DNA of 64,000 nt, taken from Mustelus asterias (Eukaryota). The notes under the pieces were generated by a model. It ran no database searches and was not told where the DNA came from. It saw only the letters and a list, made by a program, of their open reading frames with translations. Numbering within the stretch: position 1 is the stretch's first letter; each line of letters opens with the position of its first letter. The DNA lies in NCBI RefSeq assembly GCF_964213995.1, contig NW_027590554.1:62001-126000 (forward strand), in the 5' to 3' direction. Made by a program: the position numbers and the translations under genes. Below, one piece after another: positions 13,074-25,490 of this stretch.

Positions 13074-14189
13074 TATTATTTTAAACTTGCCCCATTCCTG
13101 AGTAAACTCCTGCTCTCCATTCCCCCGGCAGTGCCACCGCTCAAACTGAGTCTTTCTCCAGCCCGCTTTGTTAATCTTACAGTTACTGCTTTCTGAGTTA
13201 AAGTTATCTTTGCTTCCCTGGACGTCGAAGTGTTTAGTGCTTAATTCAGCAAAAAGGTTTGTTCTCATTTTGCGCGAAATTTGAACACAGATCTGGGAGA
13301 TTGTGTCAGTGGAAACAACAATCCCCATTGCCATTGAATCACTCCAGCCTTACACCCTATCACAAGGATGTTTGACCGTTCCTCCTTTCGCACCCTATGT
13401 CCCTTTACTTTGTATTTGTTAGTAACCCATTAAATCTATAAACTCTCCCAGTTTGGATAAAAGGTCAGCGACCCGAAACATTCATTCTGTTTCTCTCTCA
13501 ATAGATGCTGTTTGACCTGCTGAGTGTTGCCGACATGATCCATTTTGAGGTGCGATTTGCAGCAACTCCAGTAACATTTTGTCGGTTCAATGTGGATCAG
13601 TCTTCTTCGACTGAACCTGACCTGTTTAAGTAGTTCAGGGTTTGACGTTTTAAATAATAAGATCCAAGCATGTTTCACCCTGTTTGACATGGAATGAAGC
13701 AAAATGAGGATTAATCATTTCAAACTATGTTACTAAGTCAATATATATTCTGCAGGGTGTGAATCTACGGGGGACATTCACTCACTCATCTGTCCCAATT
13801 TAAACAAGACGTGGGACGGCGCGAGTCCAGATATGCGTGATATGCGTGACCCCCAGGTACCGACAGCACTCTGACCTTGGACACTCGGCCTTCCTCCCAA
13901 AAGTCTCCAACCACTTCTCCCAAAATTCTCCAACCATTATCTTGCAATTGCGTCTCTGTCTACATATGTCGTGTTTGTGAATAAAAACACCCTAGTCCAA
14001 CGCCGGTAAATCCACATCATGAAATAGAAGATCACTGATGCTGCAGGCATCTGGCGCCAGAGACTCAGCAATGTGCATTGTAAAAGCAGTTGAACTGGCT
14101 GACAAATTGTCCTCTCGATCCGAACTTTGTGAAACACTTAAACGGAATGTCCTTCAGCAAACTATCTTCAGGATTGGCAAAGGAAAGTA

Positions 14190-14261
14190 AGGCTCAGCCG
14201 AGACGTGAATTCCCATTGCCAGATTCAAAGGCCAGAGTGCGCACCATTACACCACGGAACA
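14190..14261 (-). pseudogene. tRNA-Gln(TTG) pseudogene
   Basis: Reverse complement TGTTCCGTGGTGTAATGGTGCGCACTCTGGCCTTTGAATCTGGC...; B-box and stems mutated. Confidence 0.8.
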
Positions 14262-14493
14262 GAGAACGCACCAATGAGCTGCAAACATCATGTAAAATAT
14301 TTCTGCTGATACCTTCCGATAGCGCTTGTGAAGGAAATGATTGGCTGTAGATTGGGGGACTATGTCTTCTGAGCTTCGTCCCTATCAACAGTGGCGAATA
14401 ACGACACATTGTTGTCGCACTTGCTGTTGCTGCCACGTTGAATGGAAGAGGTCAAATACTTCGAGGAACCATTTGGGTGGTCGGTGTGTTCTG

Positions 14494-14565
14494 GGATCTG
14501 TGGTGTGACGTTGAGTACTCTGGGCTCTGAATCCAGCGATTCGAGTTCAAATAGCGGCAGAGACT
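14494..14565 (+). pseudogene. tRNA-Gln(CTG) probable pseudogene
   Basis: ...TACTCTGGGCTCTGAATCCAGCGATTCGAGTTCAAAT...; B-box retained, acceptor and D arms mutated. Confidence 0.8.
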
Positions 14566-14810
14566 TGCATTGTTTTGCTGAAGCCGCTGATGAGTTTGCT
14601 GCTGGCATTTTATTTAAAATTCTCAGTAAGTGCAAATCTAAACACTGAGGAAACTTCAACACATTCCAACACACTTGCGCCCCCTGCACCGAATGACTCT
14701 CTTGGCATCATTGCTTCAGCCCCAGAGGACGACTGGTCAAGAATAAAAAGCGTTGAGAGGCAGGGGAGCCATTGTGGGCAGGGGGTCCATCTACAGGTGT
14801 CATTCACTCA

Positions 14811-14881
14811 GTTATCTGTCACAAGTTTAGAAAGAGTTTGGATGCGAGAGTCCAGTATGCTATCACTTACACCATGCAACC
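14811..14881 (-). pseudogene. tRNA-Gln pseudogene
   Basis: Reverse complement GGTTGCATGGTGTAAGTGATAGCATACTGGACTCT; paralogue of 455-520. Confidence 0.65.
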
Positions 14882-15191
14882 GAAAGCACTCTGACCTCAG
14901 GCACTAGGCCTTTCTCTCAAATCAGATACACACACACGCTCAATAACTGCCAATAATTGTTTTTGTGTGAAACCAACTGCTCCTTTCTTTCAACAGAGGG
15001 GTTAAAGAGTCGCGAAGAAATGAAAAAAAAACGCTAAACTTGGCAGGCATCTGGCGCCAGAGGCTCAGCAATGTACGTTGTAATAGCTGTTGAACTGGCT
15101 GACAAATTGTCCTCTCGATTCGTACTTTGTGGGAAAATTAAACGAAATGTCCTTCAGCAAATCAATCATCGGCATTGGCAAAGGAAAAGCA

Positions 15192-15263
15192 AGGTTCTGC
15201 CGAGATTTGAATTCGGATAGCTGCATTCAAAGTCTAGAGTGCTCACCATTACACCAGCAGGCG
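15192..15263 (-). pseudogene. tRNA-Gln(TTG) probable pseudogene
   Basis: Reverse complement ...TGGTGTAATGGTGAGCACTCTAGACTTTGAATGCAGCTATCCGAATTCAAATCTCGGCAGAACCT. Confidence 0.8.
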
Positions 15264-15662
15264 ACAACGCCCTGAAAATGATAGTTCAATACCTGTACCA
15301 ATTGGAACATCAGGGAGAAATATCAGTCCCATTCCACAATCCCGTCAATTACCCTCAGGAATTCATATTCACATTGCCCTTGCTTTTTCCTCCTGTCAAA
15401 ATGTGTACTCTACCTGCAACTGCATTAAATTTCATTGCAGCTCACCACATTCAAAGAGCAATGTTAGCATTGAACTGATATAAACATGATTGTGGGAGAA
15501 ATGCTGAACAACATCAGCTTATCACAGCTCTGCCTTCGTCACACCAATATGAAAATATGAACAATTTCATATCTGAACAGACGGGCAGGACAGTGTGACT
15601 GTGGATAATTGTGGCGTTGCACATTCCTGTAATCAGTTTCTGGGAGAATCAGGCAGATGAGA

Positions 15663-15715
15663 TCGTAGTGGTCTCGTGGTTAGGGGTTCGGCGCTTTCCG
15701 GGTTACATACTGCCA
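15663..15715 (+). pseudogene. tRNA-Glu(TTC) fragment
   Basis: GTGGTCTCGTGGTTAGGGGTTCGGCGCTTTC followed by a deletion. Confidence 0.6.
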
Positions 15716-16403
15716 TCGATATATTAAGATTTAGTGATTTTTATAAACAAATCAGCAATACTCCCTGGTCCAAAGCAGCTCTGCTAAAATCAGTGGAGTG
15801 AGATTTGCAGTTTGCTTCCGAGTTGGAAATGTCACGTGGACAACAGGTCAAGAACAAACACAGATAGTGAAGGGCAGTGATAGGATGCAAAGTGCTGACG
15901 ATGGAGATGGTGCCACAAGGCAAATCTGGGTGGTAATTGTCAGATGTAACCGTTTGCATTGAGAGAAATATCACTCATTTCTGGATAAAAATCTCGGCTA
16001 AATGACAAGAAAACTTCCCACTGAATGAAACACTAAACTATTTGACTTCGACTGATTGCAAGCAGTTTTCATTCAGATAGCAGTAACTGAGAGATTAACA
16101 CAGCAGGATGGAGACTCAGTTTGAGCGGTGATACTGCCGGAGGAATGGAGAACAGGAGTTCACCCAGACAAGCAGCAAAGTGTAAAAATAATGGGAACCA
16201 ACCAATGTTGCCCTTGTCCGTTATTCCTTGTGTCAGTTAATTCACCCTGTCTTGCTCACTATCGCAGACCTTTCCTTTTATATTATTTACTGAGTGATTC
16301 CCGTCTTAAATGCCGTAAAAATATCAACAGCTCAATTCATGTTTCGTGAGAAACGAGAACAATTCTGAAATCTGATTCGTTTTTAAATAAAGCGATTCAG
16401 AAA

Positions 16404-16477
16404 CGTTTCTGCCCCGTCTCCAAGCGGCGAATTTTCCGCGTGTGAGACGAACATGATAACCACTGCACTACAGAAAC
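16404..16477 (-). pseudogene. tRNA-Val(CAC) pseudogene
   Basis: Reverse complement GTTTCTGTAGTGCAGTGGTTATCATGTTCGTCTCACACGCGGAAA...GGGCAGAAAC; B-box mutated. Confidence 0.85.
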
Positions 16478-16560
16478 ATAGCGATGCATGCAGTTGAAGC
16501 AGTTCCCGTTTATTGGTAGAGCAACTTCACTCGTCCGACAAGCCCGTCAGTTGCTCACTT

Positions 16561-16795
16561 TAACAAAAAGAGAAAATGCTGGAAACTTCATTGGGTCTGG
16601 CAGCATCTGTCCGGAGAGAAAAGAGCTGACGTTTCGAGTTCAGATGACGCTTTGTCAAAACTTTGACAAAGGGTCATCTGGACTCGAAACGTCAGCTCGT
16701 TTCTCTCCTTGCAGATGCTGCCAGATCTGCTGAGATTTTCCAGCATTATTTCTTTTGGTTTTTGATTCCAGCATCCGCAGTAATTTGCTTTTGTC
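16561..16795. mobile_element. Palindromic Penelope-like non-autonomous element with 13-bp target-site duplication
   Basis: Inverted arms of about 100 bp centred near 16660; CAGTTGCTCACTT at 16548-16560 and 16796-16808; related single-arm copies at about 10300, 13455, 54860, 58615 and 59835. Confidence 0.75.
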
Positions 16796-18072
16796 CAGTT
16801 GCTCACTTCACATTCTCTCTGCTGGTTCGTCTAATCAAAAATAATGATGATGCATTCTGCTGCATTGAATTTTATGAATCACATGTTTGACCGAAGCTAA
16901 TCATGTGTTTGTAGCAATTTAAGTGAAAATCGGACAGTGGTTCGATTTGATGCCACCCCTCTGCAAATATCGCTAATCCTAAATTTAGTGTCTCAGACTT
17001 CCCATCAACGACAACAGCAGAAGTCATTGCTATCAGAGCTTGCATTGGCAATGAACAGAATCAACGGAGTTAGATTAGGTCACATGTACCATTGAGTCTC
17101 CTCCGCCACCTAAAATCACCCCCCAACTCAACAACCGCCTCCTTTCAGGAATCAATTCAAAGAAACTTGGTTCCACCCAGTCTGGGAGAGAATAGAAGGA
17201 ACAAAATCAAATGAGGGGAATGGATAATTAGACCGAGAGAGGGAAGGATTTAGTCAGATCTATAAAGAGAAAGAAAGATAGAGCCAGAGTGGGGTAGATA
17301 CTGAACGGAACAGATACACTTCACTATTCCATTTGATTTCAAGAAAAAAAACATGAAAACATTGGAGAGAGCAAATGCGATGGCTCTGAAAAGTATTCTG
17401 GCAACGGTGCTGAAGAGTTACTCTTCAGAACTTGCCGCAATCTTAGCTAAGCTGTTCCTAAGCTACAACACTCGCAGCAACCGCTATTGCTACAATTTGC
17501 ACAGGTCAAATTCAACGCCGCCAATTACCACCAGTCTACTCTTGATCATCATTAATGTGACAAAAGGGGCAATAAACAATGGTATCAGGAGGCACTCCAA
17601 TGCAAACTGCAGGAACATCGCCCGATCTCCCGATTCGGCACTAACGGCGCTCCGGACTTAACACTGAGTTCAATCACATCAGCTCCCATCTTTACTGCAT
17701 TTCCATTTATCTTGTTTTATTTCATTTTATCTTATTTATTTATTTTTATTATTTTATATCTTCTTATATATATATATATTCTAATTTCCATGTTTTGCAT
17801 TTTTTATTTAAAAACTCACTTTCCATCTTGTTGCCTCCTCTCCCTCCACCCCACTCGTTTGTCCTGCCATTTACACATTCTGATGTCTTAATAGACAGCC
17901 ACCGTCTTAGCCATTGTCACCACCATTTAAATACACTTTTTCTTTCTTTACATGTGACAACTTTGTCACACACCCCACACCCATATCCCTCACCATTACA
18001 GTATAAATCTCGTCCAAATATCTTTGTCTGCAGCTCTGATGAACGATGATGCGGAGAAAAAAGTAAAAGCTC

Positions 18073-18142
18073 CGCCGCTGGGTGGTCTCGAATCACCAAC
18101 CTTTCAACTAATTCCCGAACGCGCTGACCAACTGCCTGAGAC
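18073..18142 (-). pseudogene. tRNA-Asn-derived pseudogene
   Basis: Reverse complement ...TTGGTCAGCGCGTTCGG...GAAAGGTTGGTGATTCGAGACCACCCAG. Confidence 0.75.
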
Positions 18143-18769
18143 TGCCACGGCACAAGAGATTCTGAACTAAGGTGTCAATGTCCACTATTCTGTTTCTGCA
18201 AATCCTGTTCCAGACCGACAGCATGACAATATCGCTTACAATTCTACACAAATCTATTTGCTTATTTTGGTCCCGTAGTATTGCTGTGGTGTAGCGGTTA
18301 ATCTCTTTCCCCTACGGACGTGCAAGTTAAATTAACCCATGTCTCTAATCACAGAGAGGAATTCAACGGGAGGGAAGGGAACTGACCACCAGAGGCCCCT
18401 GAATCCAATCCTTTCCAATCAATCATCGATAACACCATTCACAGTTGCACCTCCATCGAAATATTGTGATCCATTTCCTTCAGGGTTTGTTCATGGATGT
18501 AATATTTTCTCCTCATTTTGAAATGAGATTCGCCTCAATGTACAACACAAATGGAATTGCAAATCTGAGGACTAAAAAAATGGGAAACAAGTCACTGGGT
18601 AACACAAATCCCATGGTGCTCATTTCCAGATTCACAACACTCGGCTTTTTAATCAAATGGAGGAATTTATCACTGAAAAGTTTTGGAAAGTTGGTGTGAA
18701 TTTTGTTTGTGACTCAGTCGGATGTTGTTTAAATACTACACAAAGGTTCAGTGAGCGGGATATAATCCA

Positions 18770-19790
18770 CCTGCGCTCCTCCCTCTGCGACTGGATCCTG
18801 AACTTCCTGACCCGCAGAACATAATCAGTAAGGATAGGCAACAACACCTCCTCCACGATCATCCTCAACATCGGTGCCCCACAAAGTTGCGTTCTCAGCC
18901 CCCGACGATACTCCTTATACACCTATGACTGCGTCGCCAAATTCCCTTCCAAATCGATTTTCTGACGACACCACCGCAGTGGATCTGATCTCAAACAATT
19001 ATGAGACAGAGTACAGGAATGAGATAGAGAATCTGGTGACCCGGTGCCGTGACAATAATCTCTCTCTTAATGTCAACAAAACGAAGGAGATCGTCATCGA
19101 CTTCAAGGAGCGTAGGGAAGAACATGCCCCAGTCTACATCAACGGGGGAGAAGTAGAAAGGGTCGAGAGCTCCAAGTTTTTAGGTGTCCAGGTTACCAAT
19201 AACCTGCCCTGATCCCCTGATTCTGACACTATAGTTAAGACAGCCCACCTACTGTCTCAGAAGTCTAAGGACATTTGGCATGTCAACTACGACTCTCACC
19301 AACTTTTACAGATACACCATAGAGAGTATTCTATCTGGTTGTATCACAGCTTGGTATGGCTCCTGCTCTGCCAAGAAACTACAAAGGGTCGTGAATGTAG
19401 TCCAGTCCATCAAACAAACTAGCCTCCCATCCATTGACTCTGTCTACACTTCCCGCTGCCTCGGCAAAGCAGCCAGAATAATTAAGGACCCCACGCACCT
19501 CGGACATTCTCTCTTCCAACTTCTTCCGTCGGGAAAATGATGCAAAAGTCTGAGGTCACGTACGAACCGACTTAAAGAACAGCTCCTTCGCTGCTGCCAT
19601 CAGACTTTTAAATGGACCAACCTCGCACAAAGTTGATCTTTCTCGACACCCAGGCTGTGACTCTAATATTATATTCTGCACTCGCTCCTGTCCTTGTCCA
19701 TGTACGGTACGCTTTGTCTGTACAACCGCAAGCAACAATACTTTTCACTGCAAACTAATATATGTGACAATAATATATCAAATCAAATCT
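18770..19790 (+). mobile_element. Rex1/Babar-like LINE, 3' part
   Basis: SDDTTAV, NNLSLNVNKTKEIVIDF and IESILSGCITAWYG motifs; ATCAA repeat tail. Confidence 0.85.
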
Positions 19791-21082
19791 ACCCGAGGTG
19801 CTGCTTCCCTGGATGTGATACTTAACCATCATCTAGATCGCGCTCTCTGATGCAAAGTTAAAATATCCCATGGTCGCCATTTCAAGAATGAAAAATGATA
19901 ATCCTCCTCCACGTTTCTGGGCCAATATGTATAACTCACTTATCAGAATTGAAACACCTGTGCGTTTTATATCTTTACATCAAGCCTGTCTTGCTCCGCA
20001 TACAACTGGTCTTGGACAGGAGATTTCTTGGAATGGTATTTTTGATCATGAACCTCTCGAAATAATTGTCAGCTCACACAGGGTGAAACTAATAGCTATT
20101 CCGCCTCACTCTGGGCCACTGGGGGAGGAGACGCCACAAATGTCCCCAAAATAAACCATTTAAAAATTGATGTTACCGAGTGTGGGCTTCGATGCCGAGT
20201 CAAGCATTTATTGCACTTTGCCAGTTTCCTTTGCGATGGTGGTGGTAGTGTTGGAACGGTACTATTCCAGTCAAGCTGATATTCCGAAAATCTAACTGTG
20301 AGTTGAAACGGGAGTTTCACTGTCTTGTGACTAAAATAATACAATATCACCATCTGCTGGCGGCCTTCACTTACTGCAAGCGCTGGCCTTTGTGAGTCAA
20401 GGAGAGGTTCAGTCACTCGATGGCAGGACCTGGGACCCGGTTGCTGAAGTGTGAATATTGTACAATATTATGAGGGATGAAAGTTTGCAGCAGGAGGTCG
20501 GGTGGCGCATTTGCCCTTTTGTCACCATCCACTCTCTGCGAACTTTGTTCCCCATTGCCCATGGGAGATTTTGCCTGGAGATTGCATTTGGGGATTAATG
20601 TACACACTTGCAACTGTTATTGTGCCGCATGCAGAGGGAATTAATGTTGCCCTGATTCCCCCTAAATTAAGCATTTTGCCTAACCGCTGTAATTTCAAAC
20701 TTATCTCTGAAATACAGAAATATTTTGCTACTATTAACAGAGTACTTCCTATGGGGATTTTTAAAAATGAAATTCTGCAACAAGTTAGATTTTCTAAACT
20801 CCGCATTTTCATGGCACTTCGAAAAGAACGGCAGAACGAACAACTGACAGAGACAGAGACAAGAAAAGCGAGGCGGAAACCCTGACAATGTCAGAAAGAG
20901 AAAGAGAAGCAATCAGCCTTAATAATTCTCTCCGACTCCCATTTATTGGTGCGCCACTTCGACCAGCAGTTTCTGAGTAAGTGAAGCCACATTCTGATCT
21001 GGGTTACACTTTATATCAGATTAGAAGAATCAACACATCGAGAATAACTTGTGTTTTTCTGTCGAACTCCAAAGGAATTACC

Positions 21083-21528
21083 ATGTGTCCCCCTTGTTCC
21101 TTACTGGTAATAATGGTCTTCCTGTCTGGCGAGTCTCTGTTCAGCCAGTGTATTATCCAGGAGTTGTGTTTAATTTCTGACTTTTGGAACGCTCTGTATT
21201 TGTGTTATCGGAACCAATAGCGATGATTCATTGTCACAGGCTCCTTCTGAATCAACAATTCAGGAAGGACAGAGCACAATACCGGGCGGTCGGTAGTCAG
21301 CAACCTACCGTGAACCAACTCTGCTCTGGTACATCCAGTCTACCAGAAAAGTGATGATGCAGTGCGGGAGATTCGTCTCAAGATTTGCCAGACTTTCTGC
21401 TGTTTGCACAAATGAAACAAAACTGCTCTTTTAAATAAGGCGGGGCTTTTCACTCCGACAGCGCTGGGTATTTCTGTGCCATTGAGCCTACACTGCTGCA
21501 GAGTTAGAGCGGTTCCTGGACAAACCCC
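21083..21528 (+). pseudogene. TCR alpha/delta-type V pseudogene (V-A) with leader and RSS
   Basis: Leader MCPPCSLLVIMVFLS at 21083-21128 with GCGAGT donor; V exon DSLSQAPS...LLWYIQ...YFCAIEP with stops and deletions; CACTGCT, 22-bp spacer, ACAAACCCC at 21491-21528. Confidence 0.85.
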
Positions 21529-22183
21529 ACACTGGGGTTCCAGTAAGGTACCTTCAGAGGGTGCTCTCGCACCGATAAATAGAAAGAATAATTCACTCTC
21601 CACCGAGAGAATCACAGGTGCCTTCCTAAAATATCAGAGCAAAACACAACCTCAACAAGGGGTAAGGAATATTTGAGGAATTGTATTTGTTAATTTCAAC
21701 TCGCAGTTGTACCATTGCTGATCTTCTTAAATTTATTTGATCTCTTTAGTTTCGTAATTGTCATTTGATTCAGTTTCCGTGTCTGCCTAATATTCAGCAA
21801 CTCAATCCCCATCAGGTTTTGAAGCCTTTTTTCCGCGGCTTGTTCTCTGGGTTTAAATGATCCGATGAGAGTTTCGCTGCTTCAGAGAAACTATATCAAC
21901 AATGAAGAGATTTCAGAAGGAAGTGACTGTGATCTTTAAAATAAACATTGAGAATAGAATTCCCCCGGTGACCAGTGAACTACAGAATGCTTCCTTAATG
22001 CTGGAATGTTTTTGTTACTATGAGCACCCAGAATTTGCAGCTGCTAATTAACAGAGCAGGATTTCATTCCCGCAACCCCATCTGGAAGAGTGTATCCGTT
22101 CCCCTATCGAGGTGCTGAAAGCAACCCAGCTCGAGGGGTTTCCTTTCAATATCAGCCAACCCACCACTGACTGATCTTACAGA

Positions 22184-22524
22184 CTCATAGAAATCATAGA
22201 AACCCTACAGTGCAGAAAGAGGCCATTTGGCCCATCGAGTCTTCACCGACCACAATCCCACCCAGGCCCTACCCCCATATCCCGACATCTTTACCCGCTA
22301 GTACCTCTAACCTACGTACCTCAGGACACTGAGGGACAATTTTAGCAGAGCCAATCAACGCGCACATCTTTCGACTGTGGGAGGAAACCGGAGCATCCGG
22401 AGAAATCCCACGCAGACACGAGGAGAACGTGCAACTCTACTAGACAGTGACCCAAGACGGGACTCGAACCCAGGTTCCTGGAGCTGTGAAGTAGCAGAAC
22501 TAATCACTGTGCTGCCGTGCCGCT
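22184..22524 (-). mobile_element. HE1-type SINE, full length
   Basis: tRNA-like head GCGGCACGGCAGCACAGTG, B-box GGTTCGAGTCC, TTTCTATGA tail. Confidence 0.9.
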
Positions 22525-22690
22525 CTCGTAGAGACATAATGACTGAAGTGGCAGGATACTGGAAACTTGGATGAAGGCTGATCCCAGGTTCATGAAGATT
22601 CTTGCATGGCTGACAGTTACATTGTGGCTGCATCTGCCCGCGGTTCTGTGCAACCCGCCGCAGACAGGGTTTCAATCTATAGTTAAAGGC

Positions 22691-23195
22691 AGTTTTGGTC
22701 CAGCAGTCAGACTGCTTTCCATCACTGTGCATCTCAGCGAGAGCGCAGTAATACACGGCAGCGTCATTCAGCTGCAGACCCGAGATAGTCAAACCGGTGA
22801 ATTTACTCGATGTCTGAAGCTCTCCAGAGAAACGGCTTTTCGCAAAATCTGCTATATCTTCACCAAATATCGAGTTTTTCCTCAATAGAAACACAGGTTG
22901 CGTGCTTGTGTTTTGCCGGGACCAGGGTAAAACGTAGTTGCTCATTATAATATCATAGGTACAGTTTAAACTCAACGTTTTTTCTTCCGTCTTTACTTCT
23001 GAGGATAGCGACTGAGTGACAGAATCTCCATGACTCAGATCTGAAAAACCTGCTCAAGCAGAAACAAATCAGACCGACTGAATGCTTAAAATTTAATTTT
23101 AAACCACGTTTGTAAAATTAAAATAAATATGAAATGTGTTTGGTTCACAATTACCTATTACGACTATTCCACAAACAACCCAAATGCCTTGTCAT
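22691..23195 (-). pseudogene. TCR delta/alpha-type V segment (V-B): open V exon and good 23-RSS, frameshifted leader
   Basis: Exon 23040-22730 LSHGDSVTQ...LNCTY...WSRQ...DAAVYYCALAEM; RSS CACAGTG-23-ACCAAAACT; leader 23195-23155 is 41 nt (phase 2, whereas phase 1 is needed). Confidence 0.9.
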
Positions 23196-23739
23196 TGTCT
23201 TTTCTGTAAAAGGGGAGTGGGATATTTGAAGACACCCGTTTTAAACTTCACCCTGTATATTTTGCTATCATGTCTCAGGATGCTCTCACTGAGTTTCCCT
23301 GTGTCCGCGGTGGCGCTGTGGTGTAGGTAGCAGGTGAACTGCCTGCCAGTGAATGGATTCATCCCGAGCTGAGATCAGTCAGTGTTCAGATAGGACGAAA
23401 TGGTGTCTTAGATAGACACGTGAGACTAGATTTGTAACCGGAAGTTCGGGGTTGCTGGTGGGGTTTATTTATTCAGGCTTCAGTCCATCATCTCAGGTTC
23501 CAGGCAAATCGATGTCAATGATTGTGGGCGGATAAAGCCTGAGCCTCAACTTCTTTCATCAGCTCGACAGAAAGACGCCTCAGTTGGACCCGAAGCAGGT
23601 TTTTGGCTCCTTGTTATCTCTTGTGAATATAACATCCATATCATAGTTTAAACTGAACTCCCTCGAGAATTGCTTCAGCGGAAATTTCATATGGTCTGAA
23701 CAATACTCCGTATTTACAGATTTTCTTTGCTGTTTTTCA

Positions 23740-23930
23740 CTCTGATCACCCTCGTATCTAGTGATGGCCACAAGAGAAACCGATCAATGCGGGAGGATCA
23801 CAACCTCAATCGGCAGATATTACAATTCAGCCCCCTGACTGTGAGAGACGCCGGAGTTACAGATACTGTAACTTATCTCTGCTTCGGAAGCCACAGTGTG
23901 ACAAACATAGGGAGGTCCCATACTAAAAAA
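23740..23930 (+). pseudogene. Decayed V segment (V-C), 3' part with 23-RSS
   Basis: LTVRDAGVTDTVTYLCFGS directly followed by CACAGTG (23892-23898), 23 bp and ACTAAAAAA; 5' boundary uncertain. Confidence 0.75.
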
Positions 23931-24889
23931 CCGCAAGAACTGCGAGAGCCGCTCTGCTGTCTCGGCAGTATCGGCAAAGTGAGTGGTGGGATTATGAAAA
24001 AAAAATGTAACTAAAGGAAATGAGCACAACACAAAATAAAATACCGAATCTAATTAATCAAATCCCGTCAGAAATAAAGAGAGTTGAAAACAGAGATGGT
24101 GAAGAGGAAAGGGAGCACACACAAACCAGAATGGGGGTGAGCGGGAAACAAAAAGTGGAAAAGTTCTGTAATCATAGTTCAAATGGGCACAAGACGAGGA
24201 AATATTGAAGAAAAAATGGAAGAGATTGGAAAGTACCGTGTGTGATAGGCAGATTAAAGAACGGGTGCTACCATGAAAAAAGAGAAACGTCAATAAAGCA
24301 GAATGTCATTTTTCTTTAGCATTACTCGTATTTCATAGATATTTAAACGGCTCAATTTTCTGAAACACAAGTCTTAAAATACGGTCAGTTGAAACTGCCT
24401 TATCAATACATTTGCACTTCGCTCATTATCCTGAGATTGAAGGTTTTAGAGCTTCCGCCAGAGAGGCGCACTGGCTACAAACTCCTCGCTGCTCTAAATT
24501 GAAATTATAAAGAGTTAAGTGGGGATAACACTGCCAGTTGCAATCCCGTTCCGTTCCCTTTACTGCGGTCCCTCTGATCCACATTCACTGGCCTCTGTTC
24601 TTAGAGATGTTCTCTGGTTTGGATCTGCAGCGCAGTGGGAGGGGGAATGTGCATTTCTGCCCCAAAAGAGGAGTTTTCTTCTGCAGTTACAGGCACAGTG
24701 AGCATCATGTGAAATGATTTCGGATTGCCTCTCATTCCCCCTCCGTAAGTATTTCCTTCCCAGTAGAAAGAGCCCCACCACCACCAGCACACATACCCCC
24801 ACTACACTGCTGTAAAATAAATAAAGTAAGACATTGGATGGACTAAGTATTGAGTTTGATAAATGTGAGAAATCAAACGCACCCGATTA

Positions 24890-24905
24890 CACCAGTAGGT
24901 GGCGG
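24890..24905 (+). promoter_or_regulatory. CTCF-like motif
   Basis: CACCAGTAGGTGGCGG fits CCASYAGRKGGCR. Confidence 0.55.
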
Positions 24906-25490
24906 GCTTGTTCACACAGATGAAGGAGTGAAATGCAGTACAGTAACTGTCAGATATAAACCTGAGTTCATGGTCTAAATTACAAGAAAAACGTTGTGTC
25001 TGTTTACCTCATAGCAGAAAAAGAAATTAACCTCGACGAAATGAGAAAATAAAAACTACGAATTAAAATAATTAACCTGGGTTAAGGGGGAGAAAGAACT
25101 GAGGGATCAGATGTTGAAAATGAAGAACAAGCTGCCAATGGCATTAAGCAGATAAAGAATCCGGGGACGCAGATTTCAGAAAACAAGGACACACATGTAA
25201 GGCTGTTCACATCATTGTTGAGAACATAGTTCAAACACTTGGATCAGTTTCGTAACTCTTTGTTCGATTCGTGTTAACCTCAGAGGCAGTGTGTAAGAGA
25301 GACTAGGTGAAATGGTGTGGGGATGAGACAGCATAGTGTTCAGGAGGGACTTGACCAACTGGGCGTCCTTCCACCAGAGCAGAACTCCCGTTGAGAAGAG
25401 GCATTGCAGACCTGTACTATTATAGAGCTTCAACTTAAATTCCTTCCATGCATTCCAGTTTAATGAGAGAAACAAGGACAGTAATTCAAT

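Noticed and set aside
13829-13938. Short tandem duplications (GATATGCGT x2; 23-bp CCAAAA-TCTCCAACCA x2)
   Set aside because: Ordinary slippage products with no further structure
18280-18330. tRNA-Val-like 5' fragment (and a 3' fragment at 56523-56545)
   Set aside because: Too short and degenerate to call
22691-23195. V-B as a NAR-TCR supporting V-delta or an IgH/IgNAR V
   Set aside because: It has its own leader exon, no extra cysteine, no adjacent D/J and no Ig-type framework motifs
24694-24700. Consensus heptamer CACAGTG as an RSS
   Set aside because: No nonamer at 12 or 23 bp and no V, D or J sequence adjacent
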